A stretch of DNA of 64,000 bases from Bacteroidota bacterium (GCA_020437385.1 JAGQWL010000049.1:20827-84826), one strand, 5' to 3'. Positions 44,056-53,541 are shown, counted from the stretch's first letter. Made by a program: numbers and translations. Notes: generated by a model from the letters alone, not told the origin.

Positions 44056-44784
44056 TCAGCCCGTGCAGAATCGTACAAGATCGCTCCATGCATCGAATGC
44101 AAACAGGCGATCCCGCGCCACATCGGTGCCAACCGCCTTCGTCGCATCGGGAGTGTACCACGCTACGTTCCAGCCGGAGGCCAGCCCACCTTCAACGTCC
44201 GAGTGCCAGGAGTCGCCCACGTACAGAACGTTCTCTGCTGCACAACCCGCCTGCGACAACGCGTATGCGAAGAGCTTCGGACTCGGCTTCATGTGGCCAA
44301 ACTCCTCGCTTATCACAATCGTTGAGGACCGGTCGCGCAGGTCGCGGAAGCGATTGAGCTTCTCACGCTGCGTTGCGGCAAATCCATTCGTGATTATCCC
44401 GACGGACGTCGAGTCCGCGATCCTGCGGAATGCGTCCAGCGCTCCCTCAACCGGCACCCAGAACCGGGAGTACAGCTCCATGTAGCGGTCCGACAGGTCC
44501 AGCGCATCGATCATCAGGCCGTGCCGTTTGACAATGATCGCGAAGCGGTCGTGCCTGAGCTGATCGCCGGTAATCTCCGCAAGGGAATACTGCCGCCAAA
44601 GCTCGACGTTCGAGTCGTGATACTCGCGCTGCAGCGTCTCGAGGTCAAAAGTGAGCTCTTCAACACCACCCAATTCCGTGTGAAGTGCCGCAAGCGCACT
44701 TCGTTCAGCGACGCGGTGATCAAGCAGCGTGTCATCCAGATCGAAATAGACGAAGTCGAATTGACTAGCCATCCGCTCAGTCAA
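44056..44784 (-). CDS. HAD superfamily hydrolase (YjjG/phosphatase-like)
   Basis: 242-aa ORF with motif I FDLDDTLLDH (DxDxT), a cap domain and motif IV VGDSWHSDVEGG. It has an 8-nt overlap with the upstream gene. An alternative start lies at 44772. Confidence 0.85.
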   Translation of the reverse strand: MTERMASQFDFVYFDLDDTLLDHRVAERSALAALHTELGGVEELTFDLETLQREYHDSNVELWRQYSLAEITGDQLRHDRFAIIVKRHGLMIDALDLSDRYMELYSRFWVPVEGALDAFRRIADSTSVGIITNGFAATQREKLNRFRDLRDRSSTIVISEEFGHMKPSPKLFAYALSQAGCAAENVLYVGDSWHSDVEGGLASGWNVAWYTPDATKAVGTDVARDRLFAFDAWSDLVRFCTG

Positions 44785-45916
44785 ACCTCATTTCGAACAT
44801 CGCGTATTCCTTGTCCTTCACCGATCGGATGTTGATCAACGAGTTGATCAGCTTGTCGTTGATGTCGAGGACCCAGCTCATCTCACACCCGCGGTATCCG
44901 TATCGCGGACCGTCGTGGATGATTGCATGGTTCATCAGGGCGTCGAGCCCTTTTCCCTGCCAGGCCTGACGAACGCCCATCAACAATGTGCGGACTTCAG
45001 ATATGCCGCCAAACTTTGCCCGGGCGAGAAGCTTTGGAAGCCCAAACGGGAGCAGCTTACCGTCGCGGACTTCCTTTAATGCGAGGTTCATGTCAGGCAG
45101 CGAGATCGAGAACGCGACGGGTGTACCTTCGTGCTCGACTATGTAGACGATTCGCGGATCCACGACCTGCTTCATTTCGTGGGCGAGCTGCTTGAACTCT
45201 GCCGTCGTCATGGGGACGTGGCCCCAGTTGTTGCTCCACGCCTCGTTGTAGATGTCGAGCACCGTTTCCGCCTCTTGCTCGAACCGGGTCATATCGAGCG
45301 TGCGAATCTTGAGGCCGGGGTTCCGCCGATAGACAAGGTCCACGCCTCGGTCGAGCTTTGACACATCCACGTACTTTTCGTGAACGTAATAGGCCCACAT
45401 CGTCATTGCGCGCGTGAAGCCATAGCGCTCAAGAAATGCTTCGTAGTAAGACTTGTTGTAGGGCATCATGATCGACGGCCGGCGATCGAAACCATCTACG
45501 AGAAGGCCGCAGATGTCGTTCATCGATGGGTTCGTCGGACCGCGCACGCCGGTCAGTCCGCGTTCCTTCAGCCAGTCGGTTGCCGCATCGAGCAGCTGCC
45601 GTGCGACGTCGTAGTCCTCGATCACTTCAAAGAAGCCGAAGAAGCCGTTTCCGTCGTTGTACTTCTTGAGGTGCATGCCGTTGACGATTGCTGCAATCCG
45701 TCCGACGGTGCGGCCGGTCGTATCGGTAGCAAGGAACGGTTGGATTTCACCATGCTCGAAGAAGGCGTTCTTGGAGGAATTGAGTGCCTTCGCGATGTCG
45801 AGACGCAGGGGGCCTACGTAGTTGGGTTCGTCCGCGTAGAAGGTGTAGGGAAAGTCAATGAAGCGTCGAAGCTCGCTCTTCGTCGTTGTCGGACGAATCG
45901 AGACAGGTTGACTCAT
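44777..45916 (-). CDS. GNAT-fold acyl-CoA N-acyltransferase-like protein (~380-aa family)
   Basis: 379-aa ORF. The blocks FIDFPYTFYADEPNYVGPL, GFFGFFEVIEDYD and GLTGVRGPTNPSMND recall a conserved family of about 380 aa annotated as GNAT-like. This comes from memory and is not verified. Confidence 0.55.
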   Translation of the reverse strand: MSQPVSIRPTTTKSELRRFIDFPYTFYADEPNYVGPLRLDIAKALNSSKNAFFEHGEIQPFLATDTTGRTVGRIAAIVNGMHLKKYNDGNGFFGFFEVIEDYDVARQLLDAATDWLKERGLTGVRGPTNPSMNDICGLLVDGFDRRPSIMMPYNKSYYEAFLERYGFTRAMTMWAYYVHEKYVDVSKLDRGVDLVYRRNPGLKIRTLDMTRFEQEAETVLDIYNEAWSNNWGHVPMTTAEFKQLAHEMKQVVDPRIVYIVEHEGTPVAFSISLPDMNLALKEVRDGKLLPFGLPKLLARAKFGGISEVRTLLMGVRQAWQGKGLDALMNHAIIHDGPRYGYRGCEMSWVLDINDKLINSLINIRSVKDKEYAMFEMRFD

Positions 45917-45943
45917 GGTTTGATCGAGAGGGACGCGATGCGC

Positions 45944-47227
45944 TTAGACACCGTTGCGTGAGATGATCCCGTGTCTGATGCCAACACGCCGAAACGCGTC
46001 AAGGATGTAGTCGAGGTCGTCGTTGGTGTGGGTCGCCATGTACGACGTCCGCATCAGAGACTGTCCGCGTGGTACGGCGGGGGGGACGACGGGGTTGACA
46101 AAAACGCCTGCTTCGAGGAGGTCCTTCCAGAACTTGAGCGAGGTCATCATGTCGGAAATGACGACTGGGATTATCGGCGTCTGGCTCGTCCAGACGTTGA
46201 AGCCGAGCTCCTTGAAGCCGCGGCGCATGTAATCCGAAATTTCCCAAAGGCGCTCGAGTCGTTCGGGTTCGGCCTTGAGGATCTCCAGGCACTTCAGCAC
46301 GGTCGCGACGTTGGCGGGCGGCATTGAAGCACTGTAGATGTGTGCCGAGGACGTGTGCCGTATGTACTCGATGACGGAATGGTTGCCGGCGGCGAATCCG
46401 CCAAGCGAAGCAAAGCTCTTTGAGAACGTTCCAGTCGTAATGTCGACGCGATCGGTAAGATCGAAGAACGCTGCGGAGCCGCGGCCGCCCGGCCCGATGA
46501 CGCCGACAGCGTGCGCGTCGTCCAGCATCAGGGCGGCTCCGTACTGCTCGGCGATGTCGACGAGTTCCGGAACTAGCGCGAGGACGCCGCTCATCGAAAA
46601 CACGCCGTCGGTAACGATCAGTTTTCCCGCGCCCGGCGTTTCTTCTTCTGATCGCTCCAGCAGCTTGCGGAGGTGATCAAGGTCGTTGTGGCGGTACCGC
46701 TTTGTCGGTGCGATAGCGACCTGGGTTCCGGCAACGATACAGGCGTGATTGTCTTTGTCGGAGAAGATGATGTCAGACTTGCCAGCGAGTGCCTGGATGA
46801 CTCCCTGGTTGGTCATGTATCCGGTCGAATACAAGATGCACGCTTCCTTGCCCATGAACTCCGCCAACTCGTGCTCGAGTTGGATGTGCAGGTCGAGGGT
46901 GCCATTGAGGAAGCGGCTGCCGGTGCAACCGGTACCGTAGTTTGAGATTGCGGTTTTGGCTGCTTCGATTACGCGCGGGTCACTGGTCAGGCCGAGGTAA
47001 TTGTTCGAGCCGGCCATGATCACTTCGTTCCCGTTGATGATCGCACGCGTGCCGTCGTTGCGCTCGATGGGCCGGAAGTACGGGTAAAGATCCTGGGATC
47101 GAACGACTGCGTAGTCGCCTTCCGGTGACAGGAATTCCCGACACTTGTCAAACAGCGATGCGGATGCCTGGAGAGCGGCTGTTTCGCCGCCGCCAACCGC
47201 GGCCGATGGAATCGAATTAGACTTCAT
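45944..47227 (-). CDS. Alpha-oxoamine synthase family PLP enzyme, serine palmitoyltransferase-like
   Basis: 427-aa ORF with LYPYFRPIE...GSNNYLGL, TGSRFLNGT, DDAHAVG and the PLP-lysine motif GTFSKSFASLGG. The overall layout parallels bacterial SPT rather than BioF/Kbl, though this is judged by eye. Confidence 0.85.
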   Translation of the reverse strand: MKSNSIPSAAVGGGETAALQASASLFDKCREFLSPEGDYAVVRSQDLYPYFRPIERNDGTRAIINGNEVIMAGSNNYLGLTSDPRVIEAAKTAISNYGTGCTGSRFLNGTLDLHIQLEHELAEFMGKEACILYSTGYMTNQGVIQALAGKSDIIFSDKDNHACIVAGTQVAIAPTKRYRHNDLDHLRKLLERSEEETPGAGKLIVTDGVFSMSGVLALVPELVDIAEQYGAALMLDDAHAVGVIGPGGRGSAAFFDLTDRVDITTGTFSKSFASLGGFAAGNHSVIEYIRHTSSAHIYSASMPPANVATVLKCLEILKAEPERLERLWEISDYMRRGFKELGFNVWTSQTPIIPVVISDMMTSLKFWKDLLEAGVFVNPVVPPAVPRGQSLMRTSYMATHTNDDLDYILDAFRRVGIRHGIISRNGV

Positions 47228-47417
47228 CTGATGTCGCGCTCCGTATCATGAAGGAATCCCTTCGCGGGCGTTGTTGGAAGCTTCGAGGTTGCCTGGCACG
47301 AAGTGCGCAGGCGTCATCCAGGCGAGTTGCGTGAGATGCAGCTTGGCGGCACTCATCCGCCCGGTACGGGCCGGCGGATTACCAAACCTTAATATAGTTA
47401 TTCATTCCAGCCATTTG

Positions 47418-48554
47418 CTAACTGTGATCGAGCACCGCTTCGCCATTCTCGCGCGAGTAGGCACGTCGCGGTATCTGGGCCACGAATGCGCCGTGATCGC
47501 GCAGGACGCGCTCAATGCAGTCGGCGGCATCAATGTTTCCGCTTCCGCTGCGGTTGCGGATTCGCTCTGAGAACGACGTCAATCGATTCAGAAATCCGTG
47601 AACGTCGTCAGAGGTCAGTTCACGTCCAAAAACGCCCTGCCCAAGGCCTTCCGAACACAGGAAAAGCGCATTGAGGGTCTGCTCGAAAATACCCTCGTTG
47701 GGCACGACCAGCGTCGGTTTGCCCAAAAACAACGCCTCGCTCATCAATGTGAAACCAGCAGTGCAGATCACTGCGCGACACGTTGCAAGATCACTCAGGA
47801 AACCGTCGAGAGAAGCCGACTTGAACGTGATGTTTGGATACGAAGTCGGGTCAGACGGCGCGGCAAAGTTGTAGACCACGAAATTTGCTTCTGCGCCCCG
47901 AAGCGCTTCCAATACAAATTCGGCTCCCATCGTCTGATTGAAGTACACCAGCACATGATCACCAACCGACGGCTGCAGCGCCATGACTTCCCGACGAATA
48001 ATCGGTCGAACGAGCGTTGTTGTCTGCGGATCTTTGACCGGCGGGAAGTAGAACGACGTGAGAAGCGAATGGACCGGATGCTTGGGAGCGACAAGCTTGA
48101 TCACAAGACCCGTTAGAAACGCGTGTGCTCGATACCGATCGGGTAGTTCGTAAACCGTCCGTGTAACGATCTCCTGATGGTTAAACGAGAGCGTCGGGAC
48201 GCCAAGCTTGCGCGCCGCCTTCGGGGAAAATGCCTCAAAGTCCGTGATCAGCAGGTCGGGGCCGAAATCACGGAACTGATCCGCCAGATCGCCCACTATC
48301 GAACGCTGACCGCAGACACTTCCGGCGTTCTGCCACAGAGTCGAAACGATCTGGAGCTTGTTTTCATGTACGACCTGCCGAAGTGCCGGCACCTCGATCA
48401 CGGCCTCGCCTTGTTCGTTCAGGATCTCCCGGGCTGTGCCGCCGCAACAGAAAACAATTTCATGACCGCGCGATCGCAGTTCAGCAGACATGGCGAGCAC
48501 ACGCGACGTGTGCCCTCTGCCTTGTCCGCTCAATGCGTAAACGATCCGAGCCAT
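47418..48554 (-). CDS. GT-B fold glycosyltransferase (GT1/GT28-like)
   Basis: 378-aa ORF with an N-terminal Gly-rich loop YALSGQGRGHTSRVLAM and a C-terminal domain with the VICTAGFTLMSEAL nucleotide-sugar binding pattern. Confidence 0.75.
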   Translation of the reverse strand: MARIVYALSGQGRGHTSRVLAMSAELRSRGHEIVFCCGGTAREILNEQGEAVIEVPALRQVVHENKLQIVSTLWQNAGSVCGQRSIVGDLADQFRDFGPDLLITDFEAFSPKAARKLGVPTLSFNHQEIVTRTVYELPDRYRAHAFLTGLVIKLVAPKHPVHSLLTSFYFPPVKDPQTTTLVRPIIRREVMALQPSVGDHVLVYFNQTMGAEFVLEALRGAEANFVVYNFAAPSDPTSYPNITFKSASLDGFLSDLATCRAVICTAGFTLMSEALFLGKPTLVVPNEGIFEQTLNALFLCSEGLGQGVFGRELTSDDVHGFLNRLTSFSERIRNRSGSGNIDAADCIERVLRDHGAFVAQIPRRAYSRENGEAVLDHS

Positions 48555-48590
48555 TGTCCTCTTTCTGGATGCTCTGCGCGAAACTCAGTT

Positions 48591-49181
48591 TCAGAATCGG
48601 AGAGTGAGTTGGGTTCGCAATCCTAACGCCGATGGTTCGACTGCGACGAGCAAGTTGTCACCTACATCGAAATCCATCAGATGCGCGCTCACGTACGCGT
48701 CCAGGATGCTCAGCCCGTATGCAACTCCGATTCCCAGTACCGAAAGATCGCGATTTCTACGTAGAGCATCCCGCGCAGGTTTTATAGTGGATGCGGAGAG
48801 GCCAATTCCGCCGAATTTCGCGACAAGGCGTTCATATTCTGACTCCAGAGCGGCCTTCGGGTTTGTCTCGCCTTCGGGCGTGATCTCCTCGTAGGCCTTG
48901 TACTGGTAGGCGTGACGGTAGAGGAGATACTTGTCGTTCAGTCGAACCGTATTTGCCGCCAGGCCGCCAAGAACGAGGTAGACGATCGGCAGCTTGCCGT
49001 ACTGCCGGTTGTAGACCTGCCCAAGCCCGGGAAACACCGCCGCTCGAACGAGCGCGGTTCTCGGAGAATGGTTCTCCCTCCAGGACTCTTGAGAGGGCCG
49101 TTCCGCGAGTTGAGCGTGAGCCGGCCTGCCGCAACCGGTACCGGCCAACATCGCCAGTGCGAACATGAAGGCGCTTCTCAT
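48591..49181 (-). CDS. DUF5683 domain protein
   Basis: 196-aa ORF with a signal peptide, the FPGLGQVYNRQYGKLPIVYLVLGG motif and a C-terminal beta-like tail. It has the typical position directly after parB seen in Bacteroidota. Confidence 0.75.
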   Translation of the reverse strand: MRSAFMFALAMLAGTGCGRPAHAQLAERPSQESWRENHSPRTALVRAAVFPGLGQVYNRQYGKLPIVYLVLGGLAANTVRLNDKYLLYRHAYQYKAYEEITPEGETNPKAALESEYERLVAKFGGIGLSASTIKPARDALRRNRDLSVLGIGVAYGLSILDAYVSAHLMDFDVGDNLLVAVEPSALGLRTQLTLRF

Positions 49182-49196
49182 GTTGCCTCTACCTGA

Positions 49197-50159
49197 TTAC
49201 CTGAGGAGCAGGTCCATCAATCGTTCCAGGTCATCGACGGAATAGTAGTCGACTTCGATGCGACCCGAAGAATCCGAGGGCTGATGCCTGATATTGATCT
49301 TGGTGCCGTACTTCGCTCGGAGCTCGTCTGCATAAGCCTGCAGCTGCAGCCGGTCCCGCGTGTTAGCAGCCCCTGAAACCTGCGATGAGTCCGACTTGCG
49401 AGGCGTCGGCGGATTCAGGATCGACTTTACGCGCTGCTCGACCTGTCTGACGGAGAGCTGCTCGGATTCAATCTCCTTCATCAGCTTCTCCTGTTGCGCG
49501 ACGTCGTCGAGAGAAAGCATTGCGCGCGCGTGACCGGGCGAGATGCGCTGGGCTCGAAGCGCGAGCTGCACGGTCGGCGGTAGCCGAAGAAGTCGGACGG
49601 TGTTGGCAACCGTCGCGCGGTTCTTTCCGATCTTCTCCGCAACCTGATCCTGGGTGAGCTCGCACTCCTCCATGAGTCGCTGATACCCCAACGCGACTTC
49701 GATCGGATCAAGCTCCTCGCGCTGCACGTTTTCGACGATCGCCATCTCAAGCATGGCCTCCGTATCCGCCTCACGTACGTACGCGGGGATTCGCTCAAGC
49801 CCGGCAATCCTGGACGCGCGCAGTCGCCTTTCACCCGAAATCAACTCAAACCTGCCGGCGCCCACCGAACGGACCGTGATCGGCTGGATAATCCCGAGCT
49901 GGCGGATCGAGTCGGCAAGTTCGTGCAGCGCATCCTCTTCGAAGGTTTCACGCGGTTGATACGGATTGCGGTCGATGCGGCTGGTTTCGATTTCCGCGAC
50001 CCGTCCTACCATACGCACGCGATCATCGAACTCATACATCGGGGACTCCGACGTTCCCTTGCTGTCATCTTCGTTCTGCGTCAGCGCACGGCCAGGCAGG
50101 AGCGCCTCGAGGCCACGCCCAAGAGCTGCGCGTTTCTGTGTCGGTTTGCTGGATGACAT
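49197..50159 (-). CDS. parB: Chromosome partitioning protein ParB/Spo0J
   Basis: 320-aa ORF with the ParB box GIIQPITVR, the ISGERRLRAS motif and an HTH segment. Confidence 0.9.
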   Translation of the reverse strand: MSSSKPTQKRAALGRGLEALLPGRALTQNEDDSKGTSESPMYEFDDRVRMVGRVAEIETSRIDRNPYQPRETFEEDALHELADSIRQLGIIQPITVRSVGAGRFELISGERRLRASRIAGLERIPAYVREADTEAMLEMAIVENVQREELDPIEVALGYQRLMEECELTQDQVAEKIGKNRATVANTVRLLRLPPTVQLALRAQRISPGHARAMLSLDDVAQQEKLMKEIESEQLSVRQVEQRVKSILNPPTPRKSDSSQVSGAANTRDRLQLQAYADELRAKYGTKINIRHQPSDSSGRIEVDYYSVDDLERLMDLLLR

Positions 50160-50163
50160 TGGC

Positions 50164-50221
50164 TGAGTCGGTTACGCTGCTAAGTCGGTTGCTGAATCGG
50201 ATACGCTATTAAGTCGGTTGC
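50164..50221. repeat. Two tandem 29-bp direct repeats in the parA-parB spacer
   Basis: tgagtcggttacgctgctaagtcggttgc (50164-50192) is followed by tgaatcggatacgctattaagtcggttgc (50193-50221). Identity is 24/29. Read directly. Confidence 0.85.
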
Positions 50222-50271
50222 GGAATCTCATGGATGCGGTTGGTAGTGTCCTGTCCCGGCCGACGGTTGCC

Positions 50272-51096
50272 TCATTCGCCTGGTCCGGCGCTTGTCGACG
50301 GCTCGCTCACGGCACGACTCTCGGCGAGGAATTGTTCATTCCGGCGGAGGACTTCGCCTGCAAGGCTTATGTAGTTTCTCGTGCCCTTGCTCGCCGCGTC
50401 GTAGAGAAGCACGGGTTTCCCGAAACTCGGTGCCTCGGAGAGCCGAACGTTTCGCTGAACAATCGTCTTGAAAACGCGCTCGCCGAAATACCGTCGAACC
50501 TCGTCTGCCACCTGATTCGCCAGGCGAAGTCGGTTGTCGAACATTGTCAACACGACGCCTTCGATATCAAGGGCCGGGTTCAGATTTGTCCGTACGATCT
50601 TGATCGTGTTCAGCAGTTGCCCAAGTCCCTCAAGCGCAAAATATTCCGCCTGAACCGGGATAATGACGGAGTCGGCTGCGGTAAGTGCATTGAGTGTCAG
50701 GAGACCCAGTGATGGGGGACAATCAATCACGAGGAAATCGTATCGATCGCGGATCGGGCGGAGGGCGTTCTTAAGAATCTGCTCACGCTCCGCCACATCG
50801 ATCATTTCGATCTCGGCGCCGACCAGATTGATATGGCTCGGTACGAGATCCAGGAACGGCATCTCGGTGCTACGGATGGCATCAGAGAGCGTGATGGCGC
50901 CGATAAGCACCTCGTAACTCGTCGCCGTGACGGTGCGCGGGTCGATGCCGACGCCCGAGGTACAGTTTGACTGCGGGTCGAAGTCCAGCAGCAGGGTTGG
51001 ATGTTCGGTCGCCGCCAATGACGCTGCAAGGTTGACCGCGGTCGTCGTTTTGCCCACGCCCCCCTTCTGATTCGCGACCGCTATTACTTTTCCCAT
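50272..51096 (-). CDS. parA: Chromosome partitioning ATPase ParA/Soj
   Basis: 274-aa ORF with the deviant Walker [17 protein letters not shown] and an extra C-terminal tail of about 20 aa. Confidence 0.9.
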   Translation of the reverse strand: MGKVIAVANQKGGVGKTTTAVNLAASLAATEHPTLLLDFDPQSNCTSGVGIDPRTVTATSYEVLIGAITLSDAIRSTEMPFLDLVPSHINLVGAEIEMIDVAEREQILKNALRPIRDRYDFLVIDCPPSLGLLTLNALTAADSVIIPVQAEYFALEGLGQLLNTIKIVRTNLNPALDIEGVVLTMFDNRLRLANQVADEVRRYFGERVFKTIVQRNVRLSEAPSFGKPVLLYDAASKGTRNYISLAGEVLRRNEQFLAESRAVSEPSTSAGPGE

Positions 51097-51408
51097 GCAG
51101 TTACTGAAATGGACGAACTGATATAGACGAACTGATGCGCACGCCTTGACGCCGGCCCAACATCCTGACGGGTGCTGAACTGAACGGCGGTCCTACCCGC
51201 CGGTCTGGACCACATCGACGATCGCCCGGCACGACGAAACGCCACGGCAGCCAACGACTGGAGCAAAACGGCACTCAACCCGTTGCACGAACGATCTGCA
51301 GACGAAAAAGTTGACCTCTCGTGGTGGATTCTGAGGATTTCGACCGTCTGCGGGACCGAGCGCGCGCTGAAACGGTCTTGGACGCGCGATCCGGAGCGCT
51401 GAAGGCGA

Positions 51409-53541
51409 TTGAAAGCCCTTCATACAAGGTATGAACAGGGGGCGATGTGTGCCATATCAGACGCTCCATGGCTATTTTCACGCGCAAACAAGGACGAAAT
51501 GGCGCGAAGGTTTGTATTAAAGAGAGAGGAGACGAGTCAGAAGGCCGTAGAACTGACGATCGACTACTCCGGCGATCTCAATCCGCAACAATACGCGGCT
51601 GCAACCGCCGGATCAGGCGCGCATCTCGTGATCGCAGGGGCCGGCACCGGAAAGACGCGCACGCTGGTCTATCGGGTCGCCTATCTCGTGGAGACGGGAG
51701 TCTCGCCGGATTCAATCCTGCTATTGACCTTCACGCGCCGCGCGTCTGCCGAGATGTTGTCCCGGGCTTCGGTCCTTCTCGACGGGCGATGCAGCCTGGT
51801 TCGCGGCGGGACCTTCCACTCGTTCTGCCTGTCTGTACTGAGACGGCACTCCGAACGCATTGGTTACCCTACCAATTTTACGATACTCGACAGCAGCGAT
51901 GCCGCCGACGTTGTCGATGTCGTTCGCACTGCAGCCGGTCTGCACAAGGGGACCAAGAGATTTCCGCGAAAGAAGACCTTGTACTCGCTCTTTTCAACCG
52001 CCGCGAATCGCTCGTTGAGCATCCCGGAGGTGGTGGAAAGTCGTTATCCGCAGTTCTTCGATTTCATCGAGGACATTTCCAACCTGTCGGATCGATACGC
52101 GGAATACAAGCGGCGGCACGTGCTTATGGATTACGATGACCTGATGTGTCAGACAATCCGCTTGTTCGACGAGCACCCTGATGTTCGAAACGCCGTGTCA
52201 GGTCAGTGCAGGCACGTGTTGGTAGACGAATACCAGGATACCAATCGGGCTCAGGCCCGACTGGTCGAACACTTTTGCTCTGTTTACGGCAACGTCACTG
52301 CCGTTGGCGACGACGCCCAGAGTGTTTATGCCTTCCGCGGTGCCGATTCGGACAACATCTTCGAGTTTCCGGATCGTTACCCCGATGTTCGGGTATTGAA
52401 GCTCGAACAGAACTACCGGTCCCGCCAGCCCATTCTGCACCTCGCCAACAAGATCATCACACAGGCGACGCGCCGCTACGACAAGGTGCTTTTCAGTGAC
52501 GAAAAGGAAGGCGATCTACCGGCTCTCGTGGCTGCGCCGAATGACCAGTTTGAGAGTCGTTTCGTCTGTCAGCTCATTGGCCAGCTGCGGGAGGAATCTG
52601 TTCCCCTGAATCGCACGGCGGTTCTGTTTCGCAGCGGGTTCAATTCATACCAGCTCGAGATCGAGTTGAACAGGCGGAACATCCCGTTCGTCAAGTACGG
52701 AGGCGTCAAACTCAGTGAGGCCGCGCATGTCAAGGATGTGATCGCCCACCTCAAAGTCCTGGAGAACCCGCGTGATGCCGCGGCCTGGAACCGGGTTCTG
52801 CTGCTCCTGGAAGGCATTGGTCCCAAAACTGCTCAGGAGATCATGGAATGGGTGGTTTCGAGAGACGAAGATCCGTTTGTTCTGGATGATCGTCCCTTTT
52901 CTCCACGGTACGTTGAATCCCTGACCGCGCTCTTCGCCATGCTCCGCTCCCTGTTCAATGCGACTTCGAGCCTCGAAAACGAGGTCGAACAGGTCCTGGC
53001 ATATTACGAACCCATCCTGAAGAGCCGATATTTTGAGGATTATCCGAAGCGGTTGCAGGATCTGGAGCACTTTGCTGGTCTCGCTGTTCAGACGTCTGAC
53101 CGAGCCGAGTTTCTGGCGTCGCTGGCGCTGGATCCAATCGAGCTCACTGCGCTGGAGGCTGAGGCGGCAGATCCGGATGAGCCGCCGCTGGTGCTTTCAA
53201 CCATCCATTCAGCGAAAGGGCTTGAATTCGACACCGTCTTCATAATACAGGCGTTGGAAGGTATCTTGCCATCAAGCTATTCCCTCAAGGACCCGGATGC
53301 GCTGGACGAGGAGCTCCGCCTGCTCTACGTCGCGGTGACGAGGGCCGAACGCAACCTTTTTATCTCGTACCCAATGGTGCAGCAGCGTCGATTCGACGGA
53401 GAGTATTTTGCGAGGCCAAGCCGCTTCCTGGAGGACATCGACGAGTCGCTTCTCGAACCGTGGAGCCTCGTTGAGGAAGATGCCGCGCCCGTCGAAAAAC
53501 AGCTGGCAGCGAACAACGATAGGGCCCAACTGCCGTTTTGA
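51409..53541 (+). CDS. UvrD/PcrA/Rep family ATP-dependent DNA helicase
   Basis: 710-aa ORF with LNPQQ, Walker A AGAGTGKT, motif II VDEYQDTN and motif VI YVAVTRAE. The track start is TTG. In-frame ATGs at 51445 and 51499 are alternatives. Confidence 0.85.
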   Translation: MKALHTRYEQGAMCAISDAPWLFSRANKDEMARRFVLKREETSQKAVELTIDYSGDLNPQQYAAATAGSGAHLVIAGAGTGKTRTLVYRVAYLVETGVSPDSILLLTFTRRASAEMLSRASVLLDGRCSLVRGGTFHSFCLSVLRRHSERIGYPTNFTILDSSDAADVVDVVRTAAGLHKGTKRFPRKKTLYSLFSTAANRSLSIPEVVESRYPQFFDFIEDISNLSDRYAEYKRRHVLMDYDDLMCQTIRLFDEHPDVRNAVSGQCRHVLVDEYQDTNRAQARLVEHFCSVYGNVTAVGDDAQSVYAFRGADSDNIFEFPDRYPDVRVLKLEQNYRSRQPILHLANKIITQATRRYDKVLFSDEKEGDLPALVAAPNDQFESRFVCQLIGQLREESVPLNRTAVLFRSGFNSYQLEIELNRRNIPFVKYGGVKLSEAAHVKDVIAHLKVLENPRDAAAWNRVLLLLEGIGPKTAQEIMEWVVSRDEDPFVLDDRPFSPRYVESLTALFAMLRSLFNATSSLENEVEQVLAYYEPILKSRYFEDYPKRLQDLEHFAGLAVQTSDRAEFLASLALDPIELTALEAEAADPDEPPLVLSTIHSAKGLEFDTVFIIQALEGILPSSYSLKDPDALDEELRLLYVAVTRAERNLFISYPMVQQRRFDGEYFARPSRFLEDIDESLLEPWSLVEEDAAPVEKQLAANNDRAQLPF

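Noticed and set aside
42734-44485. Track ORFs inside the 1.5-kb gap as protein genes (42734..43381 -, 43291..43605 +, 43418..43732 -, 43704..44357 +, 43778..44485 +)
   Set aside because: None has a recognisable domain. In spot checks 42734..43381 - and most of 43291..43605 + show about 50% third-position G/C, against about 80% in real genes here; the other three were not checked this way. The two longest plus-strand ORFs run antisense through the well-supported HAD gene. Long spurious ORFs are expected in GC-rich DNA.
47290-47310. Sigma54-like TGGCACGAAGTGCGCA on the plus strand in the AOS/GT intergenic region
   Set aside because: The -12 element is GTGC rather than TTGC. The motif also points away from any plus-strand gene, since everything downstream is on the minus strand.
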